Of a stretch of 64,000 bases of DNA, positions 1 through 11,199 are shown piece after piece (within the stretch, counting starts at the first letter, position 1; each line of letters begins with the position of its first letter). Location: assembly GCF_009914755.1 (NCBI RefSeq), contig NC_060938.1; one strand, 5' to 3'. The notes beneath the pieces were generated by a model. It had not been told where the DNA came from and searched no databases. It saw nothing but the letters and a program-made list of their open reading frames with translations. The translations under genes and the position numbers were made by a program. The DNA is from the human T2T-CHM13v2.0 reference genome, Homo sapiens.

Positions 1-1441
1 CACTGAAGAGGAGAGGTTAAGTCTTTGGGGAAAGGGAGCTGGGAGATCTTTATAGAAGGGGAGTATCTCCACTGGGTTATATTAGAATAAGGGGAAGCTA
101 AATGAAATACACACACAAATGCACACAATCAGTAAACTTTGTTGTTCTTTGTTCGTTGAGTCTTTGCATCTGCAAAATTGGTTTGGAAATTGCAAAACCA
201 CGGGGACCGAGCATGCAAAACCATGGAGACTAAGCATGCAACCCCACAATCAGCCTATGGATTCATTCTTCATGGATGATCAGATGGTGTGGCTTTCACA
301 ATTTTTAGTAGCAAGTACCAAAGCCCTTCCTTTCTTGTTGTGAATCTAACTGGGGCTTTCTATGTGCCCCCAAAAATCTTAGTCTCTTATGGGGAGGTGG
401 AACCTAAAGAAAGCAGATGTCTTTTTTTGAGCCAGCAGTTTCTTGGACAAGGTGAGAGTTTGTCCCAGGGAGCTGAATGTTCCAAGGAGACTGCATTCAT
501 CACCCACCCCTCTGAAACCAGAGCTGTTTGTCTTGAGTCAGCATTATATGGCTGTGCTTGCTATACAGTTTTGCTTTAAATAATAGTTCTAGCATTAAAA
601 ATAATTTAACATTTTGAAATTGCAAAATTATCTCCTCACAGCATTTGACTTTGCATTCAACAATGTTCAGGCATTTACCAAATGCCAATAATTGCCACTT
701 CATTACTTCCTTAATTCTTGCTCCATCTCTGGGGCTCAGACAAAATCCATCCTTTTATCAGAGTTGGAGACTGGGGCTCCTAGAGGAAATGGTTTCATTG
801 ATGAATCTCAACATCACAAGTGAGAGACCCCAAACCCCAAATCTTTGATTCAGAAGTCCCTGGCCATGCCACTCTGCCATTAAAACAAACAAGCAAAATC
901 CCAAGGAAGCAGTATATCTCAAACAAATATGTAGCATCCCAAAGTGGCTGTGTTGAAGGGTGGTAGATATTTAGATGGCCAGGTATTAAAGTGTTCATTA
1001 AAAATTATTAACTGTTATATTATTGTATAGTCTCAGGATGTGCATATTTCTTTTGAACCAAAAGAAATCAAAGCATTTGAACCAAAAGCATAGAAGGGAA
1101 AGAATGATACAACTCTAGTACATAAAAAAAGAAAAAAAAGAAAAAAGAAAAAAGACAAGAAAAATTCTCCACAATCTTTCTAAGGAGAGCCCACCCTGGA
1201 CCCCATAATGGAGAATGTCTTCCTGGGGAGGCATTGTCTGGCTCCAGCTAAAGCAAGCAGCCTTGTTCTTCCAGAGAAGTCTCCATCAAAGAAGAATGCC
1301 CTGAATGAACAGAGTATCCCAATGTGGTCTCTGGGAGGGACAAGACAGTGCTGCTAGAGGAAATCTAATGGATGCTCAAGACCATGACAGGGAGGCACAT
1401 ACAAAAGCACCATCTGCCAAAGTCACCTGTCTTAGGGCAGC

Positions 1442-1447
1442 GTGTGT

Positions 1448-1480
<33 letters not shown>
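1442..1480. repeat. (TG)n microsatellite
   Basis: GT dinucleotide run with one TC interruption. Confidence 0.95.
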
Positions 1481-1713
1481 GTCTTTTTAACCATTTTCAT
1501 CCAAGACCTTGGTGGGTCATCTGCCAAGTGACATTGATGGCACCAGTCATGGCCTCTCATCTCCTACCCCACTTCACTCCCACATATTCAATGAGTCTAG
1601 GCTTAAACATCACTTCCACTGGTAAGCCTTCACTCTCTCTCTAGATGAGCCTCGACATTCCTCTTGGAATTTTTCATCATCCAAGATGGGGGCATTAAAA
1701 AAAGAAGTTTTCA

Positions 1714-2016
1714 GCCAGGCATGGTGGGCGCGGTGCAACGCCTGTAATCCCAGCACTTTGGGAAGCCGAGGTGGGCAGATCACAAGGTCAGGAGCTCGAG
1801 ACCAGCCTGGCCAACATGGTGAAACCCCATCTCTACTAAAGATACAAAAACAAATTAGCCGGGCCTGGTGGTACGAGCCTGTGACCCCAGCTACTCCAGA
1901 AGCTGAGGCCAGAGAATCGCTTGAACCTGGGAGGTGGAGGTTGCAGTGAGCCAAGATCGCTCTATTGCACACTAGGCTGGGTGACAGGGTGAGATTCCAT
2001 CTCAAAAAAAAATAAA
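1714..2016 (+). mobile_element. Alu, AluSg-like, full length
   Basis: Dimeric Alu with A-tail; GATCAC-AAGGTCAGGAG (2-bp deletion) plus GAGACCAGCCTGGCC; TSD aagttttca at 1705-1713 and 2017-2025. Confidence 0.93.
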
Positions 2017-2734
2017 AAGTTTTCATATTACCCTGTTCTCCCCCAATCATTGGACTTGATGCAATGCAATGTAATTGCCTGGTTTCTGGTCTGCATGTTA
2101 CTTGCTCCACCACTTACTGTGAAATTATACGTTTTTAATGACAAAAATATTGTGCCATATTAAATAAGAAATCCACAGACTTCCCCACAGTGTATATAAT
2201 AATCAGTTGGTAAAAGTAATTCAATGATTTTACTTAGTGAATAAGTAGACATCAGGTAAACAGGACGATCTGGAATATTTTAGCATCTTAGGGATGGACC
2301 TGGGAAAAAGGCCATGGTAAAGAGCACAGTGTTTTCATTAACCTTGCATTATGTATATATTAATATTACACATTTTCTGCAGGTGAGAAAGAGAGAGATA
2401 GGTGGACCCTGACTTCTCTCCCATCATTAGCATGTCCGTGCTCATAAACCCTGCTCAGATTATCAGTACCTTCTTTCCTTGTTGAGGAGTTTCTCTGGCC
2501 ATCAGAACCCACTTGGACCATGTGGGCAGAGGACCAGAGGGCCTGGGGCTGCCCCTTCAGCAGCACCCACCCACATCTATAGCCATTGGGGAATCCATAT
2601 CCCACCTCCCTTGCCACCTCTGTGGGATCTTAGATGGATTAAGCTCCTGTTGCCTTGGTGGTAAACAGCTTGTTAACACGCTCTTCTCTAACTCACTTCC
2701 TCATTCTCTTACAGGTATTTTTGGGTTCATGACC

Positions 2735-3150
2735 TGATATAGTTTGAATATGTGTCCCCTCTGAATGTCATGTTAAAATGTGACCTCCAGTGTTAGCAGT
2801 GAGGCCTAGTGGGAGGTGTTTGGGTAATGGGGGTGGATTCCTTATGAATGGCTTGGTGCCATCCCTATAGTGATGAGGGAGTTCTCACTCTGGTAGTTCA
2901 CACAAGAGCTGGTTGTTTAAAGAACCCGGCACCTCCCCTTTCTCTTGCTTGTATCTTCTCACCATGTGATACATCGGCTTCTCTTTGCTTCCTGCCATAA
3001 GTGGAAGCTTCCTGAGGCCTCACCAGAAGCAGATGCTGGTACCATGCTTCTTGTACAGCCTGCATAACTGTGAGCCAAAATAAACCTCTTTTCTTTATAA
3101 ATTATTTTGCCTCAGGCCTTCATTCATAGCAATGCAAACAGACCAACACA
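2735..3150 (+). mobile_element. MSTB-family (MaLR) solo LTR
   Basis: TGATAT...ACA termini; MST body motifs (gaagcttcctgaggcctcaccagaagcagatgct); AATAAA at 3079-3084; 5-bp TSD tgacc/tggcc. Confidence 0.9.
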
Positions 3151-3219
3151 TGGCCCAACTAAACCATCTTTGTATTAATGTTTTTTCTCTAAGCACAGAC
3201 GAAAACAAAGAAGTCATGC

Positions 3220-3410
3220 TGGCTGTGTGAAGCTCCATACTCCATGATTTAAGTCCTGAGCTTGTCCTGAGGGCTAAGTGGCAGCTTACAGGGAGACATG
3301 GTCAGAGTTGCCTTCTAGAAAGTTGGCACTGGTCACTGCATGGAGTAGACAGAGCAAATGTGCGGTAAGGGTGATGAATTAGAAAGCTGGATTTACAATC
3401 CAAGGGACCC
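3220..3410 (-). mobile_element. L2 LINE fragment
   Basis: Degenerate antisense L2 motifs (gacatggtcagagttgccttctagaaag...actggtcactgcatggagtagac). Confidence 0.5.
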
Positions 3411-4639
3411 ACAACCTGGCCTGCCCTTCTAAATGAGGCTTTTCTTTAGAAGATGCCAGTTCCTCACCTCACCGTGAGATATCACACACAGGAATGCCAT
3501 CCAGCTTGGACGTGAAGGCATCCCTCCAGCACTTCTTAAGAAATGTGCCCCATTACCCCTTGCCTGAAAAGAGACAATCTCTGTGTTATTTGAGAGGATA
3601 AGCAGTGTGGTAGCTCAACTTCTTTCTGCCTGCTCCAAACTGCATTCTCAGTGCTTCTTAGCAAATAAAAGGGGGCCTTTTGAATGTGAATAATTGGGGA
3701 AAAAAATAAGCAAAATATTCAAAAAATGCCAAGTCCTTCCCCTGAGAATCAGGTCAAGGGCCATCTCCCTCTGCCCCTATTTAAATCTTGACCATGTAGC
3801 AATGTCTATTACTGCCCCTGTGGACCTTGAACACCAACTAGTGAAGCCATGAAACAAGTTGGGGAAATGAAGACAGGCACAATCAATGGGAACTTAATTA
3901 CCTTCCTCATATGAACTTGCCTGCCTCCCTCATAATGCATTTAAACTCAGAGGAGGAAAACATGCAGTGTCAACTTACTGCTCCTGACAATCATCAGACA
4001 ATGGAAGCCTCAGCCTCCAAAAACCAAACCATAAAGGGCACTTCCAAGAGTAGCTGAAGACTGGACATGGTCATGCCTCCAAGTAGGCACATGCTGCCTT
4101 CGCCAAAAGGGCTCCCTGCCCCAAAGTGATGCCAGATCTTTCCTCAAAGAGAGTTTCTTCTACGGCAGTACCACTCTTTCTTCTCTAAGTACCTGCTCAT
4201 TGTAAGCAGAGAGAAGATGAGATGACAGATGTTTTGTCCTTGTAGATTACAAGGACAAACTTGCTTGTAGTCTACTGCTTTGGCCCTGTAGACTACACTG
4301 ATGCTTTTAACGTTCCAAATAGCCTGAGTATTCACAAATTACCAGTCTGAGAGTTTGAGAGGTTAACTAATAGACTCAGGCTTATTCAACCACTAAGAAA
4401 CAATGAGACACTGCCCATCTCCAAAGCAATTTTTCCAACTGATTTCAGGCATTCTGTGATGACAGAGAGAAATTCACTTGGAGGACCACAGTTTATGGCT
4501 TATTGAAATGTTCTTATTTCAGTACTGTATTACTTAAAATGACCTACGCAAGCCTTGACTTTTGATCAAACAGGCCAACCCATTCTCTGAGGAAATTGGA
4601 GGATCTGAGTTGGGCTTTTGATGGGTCTGAGCTTGAATT

Positions 4640-4950
4640 CCACGTTTTGGTGAAAGCTCCTCTGGTTGCATGTAGAGAGAACCACTTCAATGAATTTCTA
4701 CAAAAGCATACACTTGAAGGACGGCGAATTATCTTACGCAATCAAAGACAGAAAGTGTCAGATAGCCATGTAAGAGACTGGAAACAGGTTGAAAAGCTGT
4801 TGAGAAGCCAGAAGGCTCCCCTCCTGACTTGACCCCACTTGGCAAATGGGCTCTATTCATCCCTCTCTCTGCAGCTAAATCTTCAGACAAGTGCATAACA
4901 GGCAGGACAGTTGTGAAGCTCCTAAGGTACACGGTACCAATCCAAGCACC
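4640..4950 (-). mobile_element. Old MLT1 (MLT1K/L/N-like) LTR fragment
   Basis: ctctggttgcatgtagagagaaccacttc...gaagga...agagactggaaacagg resembles the antisense end of old MLT1 LTRs. Confidence 0.45.
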
Positions 4951-5739
4951 CTGCCCTGAGCGAACAGCACTTCTCAACCCCTTGTACAAACTCTCTTTTC
5001 CATAGATTGTAGACTTTAACTTCACGACAAGATGACTTATGAAGCACATATTAATACCATCCTTCCTGCTCTGAACACATGGAAATGTTAGGTGACGTAA
5101 AAATTATCAAACATGTATTTAGCTGTGGTTCAAAGCAAGCAAGAAGATATGCAGGGACCAGTCATGTAGAAGAAACTCAGGATTCTGAGTATATGGCCCA
5201 AACGGGGGGCTCTGGACCAGACATGTGGAGCCATGGAAACCACTCCTTTACCTGCAGGTATAAGAGTTGCCTTCTAGAAAGCTGGCACTGGACACTGCGT
5301 AGAGTGGACAGAGAAATCATGGAGTAAGGGAGATGAATTAGAAAGCTGGAGTTAGAGTCCAAGGGACATAAGCCCAAGAACAAAAAGCAGAGGACCAGGG
5401 CAATAAGCATGAAGCCATGAGTCTTTTGTATGTTGACTCTCTGTGAACTGGAACTAGAAAATCTTAACCTCCTGTCCAGAAGCTTGCTGCCGACCCAAAG
5501 CCTTGGTGAAAAAGATGACAAACCAAGAAGTGCACAGCAGTAGGTTCAGATTTCAATTAGAGTAACTCATGAAATACAGAAACCCCAACCCAAGGCCCCC
5601 GAAATTCATTCACAGCCAGTGAACTCTGCATCGTCTAAGCAGAGGCAAGTTCCAAATTTCTCAAAAGGACAACTTCATGCTCAAGAGAAGGGAATGTCCA
5701 TTGAAGATAATGCCCTTGAGAAGTGACCTTGAACTCAAG

Positions 5740-6185
5740 AACTGCAAACATACACCACCAGAAATAATAGCCAACAGATCGAAAGATGGGAAACTTAGAC
5801 CCATGGGGCCATATAAAATAGAGGAGTCTAAAAGTTATTTACAATAAAAATATTTAATATGTTCAAAGATAAAAGGAAACGTCATACATGAAGCAAGAAC
5901 CAACAAAGGAAGCTAGATAGTAACAATAACCAGTTAGGAAGCCTAGATATGCAAGTAATAAAATAAAAATAAGAATTTAATTTTAATTTCAATAACTGAG
6001 TAAAACAGTAATTGTAGCACAGAAAATTAGAGAATTAGCAAATTGGGAGATAAAGAAATATAAAGTATATCTGTCAGAAGGGTGAAAAGATGGAATATAT
6101 GAAAGGAAGTTTAAAGATACAGAAGCTCAAACTTCCCTATAAGACCCAGGTGGAGAGAAAACAGAATTGCAGGAAAATGATTTTT
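5740..6185 (+). mobile_element. Ancient L1M/HAL1 ORF1 relic
   Basis: A-rich decayed ORF1 motifs (aaaatatttaatatgttcaaaga, gagaattagcaaattgggagata, aagatggaatatatgaaagg). Confidence 0.6.
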
Positions 6186-6462
6186 GAAGTGTCACCGGCT
6201 GACTGGCGTGTATGCAGCAACGAACACAATCGTTAGTAAAGCGCAAACAGAATCTGCTTGCAAGGGTCTGAGGCAACAGATACTGTCATTTTTGCTTTCT
6301 ACCTTTCCCTTTGGTTCTACCTGGAACTTCAGAGAAGGCTGGAGCTTCAGCCACCAAATTATGAGCATGAAGTGACCTGGAAGCCATCGAAAAGGAAACA
6401 GCAGGGCCAGATCCCTGTGTATGTTGCACAATTAGCACACAAGCCATAGTTGGCCTTTCTGA

Positions 6463-7105
6463 TTTTTATTTTATTTTATTTTATTTTACTTTATTTTATT
6501 TTTGAGACAGAGTCTCACACTGTCACCCAGGCTGGAGTGCAGTGGCGCGATCTCGGCTCACTGCAACTTCCGCCTCCTGGGTTCAAGCAATCCTCCTGTC
6601 ACAGCCTTCTTTTTTTTTTTTTTTTTTTTTGAGACAGAGTCTCGCTGTCGCCCAGGCTGGAGTGCAGTGGCGCAATCTCGGCTCACTGCAGGCTCCGCCC
6701 CCTGGGGTTCACGCCATTCTCCTGCCTCAGCCTCCCGAGTAGCTGGGACTACAGGCGCCCGCCACCTCGCCCGGCTAATTTTTTGTATTTTTAGTAGAGA
6801 CGGGGTTTCACCGTGTTAGCCAGGATGGTCTCGATCTCCTGACCTCGTGATCCACCCGCCTCGGCCTCCCAAAGTGCTGGGATTACAGGCGTGAGCCACC
6901 GCGCCCGGCCTGTCACAGCCTTCTGAGTAACTGGGATTACAGGTGCGCACAACCACGCCAGGGTAATTTTTGTATTTTTAATAGAGATGGGGTTTCACCA
7001 TGTTGACCAGGATGGTCTTGATCTCTTGACCTCGTGATCCACCCGCCTCGGCCTCCCAGAACTCCCAAAGTTCTAAGATTACAGGCGTGAGCCATCACAC
7101 CCAGC
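6463..7105 (-). mobile_element. AluSc host element, split by a younger Alu
   Basis: Antisense Alu with (TTTTA)n tail; gatctcttgacctcgtgatcc is the Sc diagnostic; TSD tctgatttt at 6458-6466 and 7106-7114; interrupted at 6611-6910. Confidence 0.9.
6611..6910 (-). mobile_element. AluY, AluYe-type, nested in AluSc
   Basis: CpG-rich, near-consensus; sense strand reads GGGCGAGGTGGCGGGCGCC, GAACCCCAGGGGGCGGAGCCTGCAG and GGGCGACAGCGAGAC; perfect TSD tgtcacagccttct at 6597-6610 and 6911-6924. Confidence 0.92.
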
Positions 7106-7149
7106 TCTGATTTTCTTTTCAAATGAGGAAAATAAAACTTGGATGGGTT

Positions 7150-7639
7150 TAAATCATTGTTTTGAGGAACACTCTACTATTCATAGTTGACATAACCTTT
7201 AACAGATTCAAAAAAACAGATTTTCAGGTATCTAAAAACTAAGAGAATTCTATCCACAGATCTTCACTTGAAAGATCCTTTCAATGGAAGAAGAAACTTC
7301 AGTAAGAAAGAAAATTAGGCCAGAAGAAAGTAGCGGGAACCAAGAGGCAATAATGAGTAAACACGTCGGTCATACATGATGGAAATGCTGAATCAGGATT
7401 GACTTTATATAATAATAATCATTATTATTTTATTACTGCTAATCTTTTGTGCATAAAAATGATTCAGAACTGAAATATTAGATGATAACTGTGAGTTCAG
7501 AGAAATAAGTGGAATTCGGAGTGAATTAAAGGACTTTAAGGTCTTTGCCTTCTTTGTGAAGAGAAAGGAAGGAATGATTTGTTTTAGATTTTGTTTAAAG
7601 GTGCAAATTTAGAAATTGAGGGTAGTTGTAGCAGAATGG
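7150..7639 (+). mobile_element. HAL1/L1M ORF1-end relic
   Basis: Decayed ORF1 3' motifs (aaaactaagagaattctatccacaga, cttcagtaagaaagaaaa, agaactgaaatattagatga). Confidence 0.55.
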
Positions 7640-7650
7640 TCAGCATTCCT

Positions 7651-7953
7651 TTTTTTTTTTTTTTTTTTTTTTGAGAGACAGGGTCTCGCTCTGTCACCCA
7701 GGCTGGAGTGCAGTGCTTGATCTTGGCTCACTGCAACCTACACCTACAGGGTTCAAGCAATTCTCCTGCCTCAGCCTCCCAAGTAGCTAGGACTACAGGC
7801 ACACGCCACCATGCCCAGCTAATTTTTGTATTTTTAGTAGAGGCGGGGTTTCACCATGTTGGCCAGGATGCTCTCGATCTTTTGACCTGGGGACCTGCCC
7901 ACCTTGGCCTCCCAAAGTGCTGGGATTACAGGCGTGAGGCACTGCGCCCGGCC
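7651..7953 (-). mobile_element. Alu, AluSc-like
   Basis: T-run tail and full antisense Alu; TSD tcagcattcct at 7640-7650 and 7954-7964. Confidence 0.93.
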
Positions 7954-8194
7954 TCAGCATTCCTCTTTAATTCTTTCTGATCATTTTACCATTTCCATGC
8001 ACACCTGCAGAGATTTGTTCAGGTGTGCAGGACCTGGCTCACCAAGCAATGGCCAAAGAGCAGGACCATGGAGTAACACTGTAGTTGATAGCAGTCTGTT
8101 CTTGAGATGGCCATGGAGGTGTAACTTAAAGAGAAGACGGTGAGTGTCTTAGCAAGCATCATGAAGGTGACCTTCCCCGTCTGGGACCATAGGC

Positions 8195-8350
8195 CAATCA
8201 TCTCTCTAGTTGAGTGACTTTGGATAATTCACATCCTTTTAGTGGCTTTTTATCCCCTCTTTCATGCAGTGGGGCTTGTTAACACTCATTTCCTATTCAC
8301 AGGGTTGTTTTGTGAAATGTGGTAACGTGTGCAAACGCTGTTTATAAAGG
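8195..8350 (+). mobile_element. MIR SINE
   Basis: Decayed core gagtgactttggataattcac...cacagggttgttttgtgaaat. Confidence 0.6.
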
Positions 8351-9589
8351 CGTGCTGGACTAACTCCATAAGTTGTCATTTTTATATTCCAGTGCTTTTT
8401 GGGAGTGTTTTCCATCCTAGAAATCAGCCTTCCCTCCAGAATAGAACCAAGTATTTGCCTTTGTACAGAGTTTTTGCGCTTTCCTCTTGAGCTCAAGTAG
8501 ACACTCAATGAACTTCGGTTGAATCACTCACATTCGTGATAATAGAGAGAAATCATTGGCAGGGAATTGCTGGCTTCCCTTGAACTAAAGAACTCCTGAG
8601 GACAAGAATAATAGACTTTAGGCAGCGTGAGGGATGGGGAGTGAATCACAGAAAAAAATGCATTGCCGAGAGAGGGGCGGGTGTGGCTGTGTCTGGCACA
8701 CTGACTAGTGTGTTGTCTCACTGTCTCCAGAAGACAGACATGGGGGATCTTTCTACTTCATTTTTCCTCCTGATACGTTGCTTATTTAAAGTGACACAAA
8801 TTCCACTCACTGTCTTTGAGGATGATTGTCTAAGAAAAAAACAAAACAGCTTGTTTTACTTTTTGTACTTTAAATCCTCCTAATCCACTCTCTCTGCTTG
8901 GCGTGCCTTCTGGAACAGAGAAGGTGCCAGGCGCCGGCTCCTGCCTGTCTCTGCCAAACCCAAGTCCCTGGTTTGCTCCTGGGGAGAAGGGACCCACACA
9001 CTCCCTAAGCCCACTCGGGGCCCCCTAGGGACAGCAGCCTCCGCTCCCCACACTCCTGCGGCTGCCTTTCACGATTTCCTAGCAGCACAGCTCCCAAGTC
9101 TTTCCTCCCTGTGCCTGTGTGGGGTTTGCTGAAGGTCCTCTCTCTTCCCCATGCCGGTTTTTGTCCATGAAAGTCTCTGACAGGGTTTAGTAATTTCTTC
9201 CACGGCCTGGCTGCCCTCACTTAAGTTGGATCAGTGACCCAGTTCCCATCTTTTAGCTCCTCTGAGGGAAAGTGCTGTCTATGGTCACAGGTACTCTATT
9301 TAATCTTTACAGGAACTCAAGGAGAAGAGGATTTGCACAAATGGGACAGGAGTTTTGCACCCCCTGACCTATACTGTTATTTCTAAACTTCCCAACAACT
9401 CTCTCAGGTGTATGATCCATGTTTTGGAGGTGAAGACAATGAGGATGGGCACCACATTCTTTAAATGATGGGACTGGATTTCAAACAAAAGTTCCACCCC
9501 GAAGCCCCCAACCAGTCAATTTTATAATGCCTCTCTGCATAGATTTCCTCCTTTAACTGGATAGCAGAAGCCTCAGGTAATAGCTAAGT

Positions 9590-9778
9590 CTAAGCACATG
9601 CCTGCTTTGTGCCAGAGTTGCACTAAACACTACTCCCTGCAATGAAGGTTAGCACTGTTATTACCCCCATTTAAAGATAGGGAAACTGAAACACTGATAA
9701 ATTAGGTTCTGGGAGCCCCAGACCTAAGAAGGTGAACCCAAATGGTCTAACCATCAAATTTGTCTTTTAACCACAGCC
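9590..9778 (-). mobile_element. MIR SINE
   Basis: Antisense core tattacccccatttaaagatagggaaactga. Confidence 0.65.
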
Positions 9779-9862
9779 CACCCAGACCCTCCTCCCCTGC
9801 AATGTAGGCCATGTAGACCATGTATAGGTCCAGGTTCCACATCATCCCTACTGGATACAGAG

Positions 9863-9885
9863 TTGATCAGTTTTCTGTATGATTT

Positions 9886-9927
<42 letters not shown>

Positions 9928-9972
9928 TCAGTTTTCTGCATGATTTCAAACACACACACACACACACACACA
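9863..9972. repeat. Tandem duplication of a 27-bp unit plus (CA)n
   Basis: ttgatcagttttctg(t/c)atgatttcaaa followed by (CA)17, then again followed by (CA)11. Confidence 0.95.
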
Positions 9973-10469
9973 TACATATTTATACATATAAAATTCATAA
10001 AGCTCTCAAGGAGGTAGGGAGAGCAGAAGAGGAAGTCCATGTGGGAGGATGGCCCAGGAGACTGTTTTCCGAGCTGCTGGGCCCTGGAGTCAGACACTAA
10101 CCCTGTTTCCTCTCCAAGGGTCCAGGAAGATAACAGGATTTACTTCCTCTTGTAGGGCCAGTAATCACCAGTGACCCCAAGAACTTTATAAAATCCTGGA
10201 CCCTATTCATTCTGGTGCAGCTGAGTAATGGGAGAAACAAGAGGGCTTTTTCTGTCAGAGAGGCTGCAGTGGGTCTGACGTTGGGGCCCTAGATGAGGTG
10301 GCCAACTCCAAGCCCTGTGGAAGATTAAGTTCAGGTGAGTTGCACAGGTGTCTAGAAGGCCCCAGTCATGTAAGTATGTAGCCTTACTCTGCCTGGAGCA
10401 TGGATCAGTCCTACATGTCTGTGTTCCTTTTCCCCTCGTGTGAGGCTTTCAGCTCCTACCAAAACGCAG

Positions 10470-11170
10470 TGATAGGACATAGAGAGCCACCCAGTCAATC
10501 TGTGGGGATTTAGGGATAGCTTCCAGAGAAAGACAGCAAGCATGAGAGTTAAGGAAACTGCAGGGTGTCCCAGAGAGAAAAGAAGGAATGCATATGCAAA
10601 GGCCAAGGGGAAAAGGAAAATATAGACATGTCTGGGAAACTCATAGGTTTAGCATAGTTGGAAGTTGGAAGATAAACAGGGAAAGAAGAATCTGGGGACA
10701 GAAGTGATACCAGGTGCTAGAGGACATTGGATGCCATGATGCTAAGGAGTTTAAAGTTGAGTCTGAGGGTGGTGGGGGTCATTGAGACAAGGAAGGAATT
10801 TAAACTTGAGTCTGAGGGTAGCAGGAGTCACTGAGGCAAGGACATCAACATCACTGAATCTATACTGTAAATGGAGTGTGTAGTTTGGGCTCCAGGAAAA
10901 CAAGTCTGGCCACTGTGAGGGAGGTCAGGTGGGAACACACTTCAACAGTCAAGACACCAGAGAAGGAAGGCCAGAGCCAGAGCAGGATGCTGGGGAAGGA
11001 GAAGTTGGGAGTGGATTTGAGAGATGTCTTTGAGGTGACTTTGAATGTAGGGATGGAGGAAGCCTGGGGAATCCAATTTGATGGGTGAAGGTGGATACCG
11101 ATCAGATATAGGTAGGGATCTGATGGGCCTTACAGAAAAAGCTGAGTTGGTCAGGATGATGAGAGCTCTC
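10470..11170 (-). mobile_element. L2 LINE fragment
   Basis: Antisense L2 motifs (gcatatgcaaaggcc, gccatgatgctaaggagttt, gtggatttgagagatgt). Confidence 0.65.
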
Positions 11171-11199
11171 ATTGATGGAGTTTTCATATGTGACAGGTG

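Noticed and set aside
1610-2113. Longest ORF (167 aa, - strand) and similar ORFs at 6502-6819, 7708-7980, 29597-29971 and 42537-42911
   Set aside because: These are translations of Alu sequence ([25 protein letters not shown]), in one case with adjacent L1, not genes.
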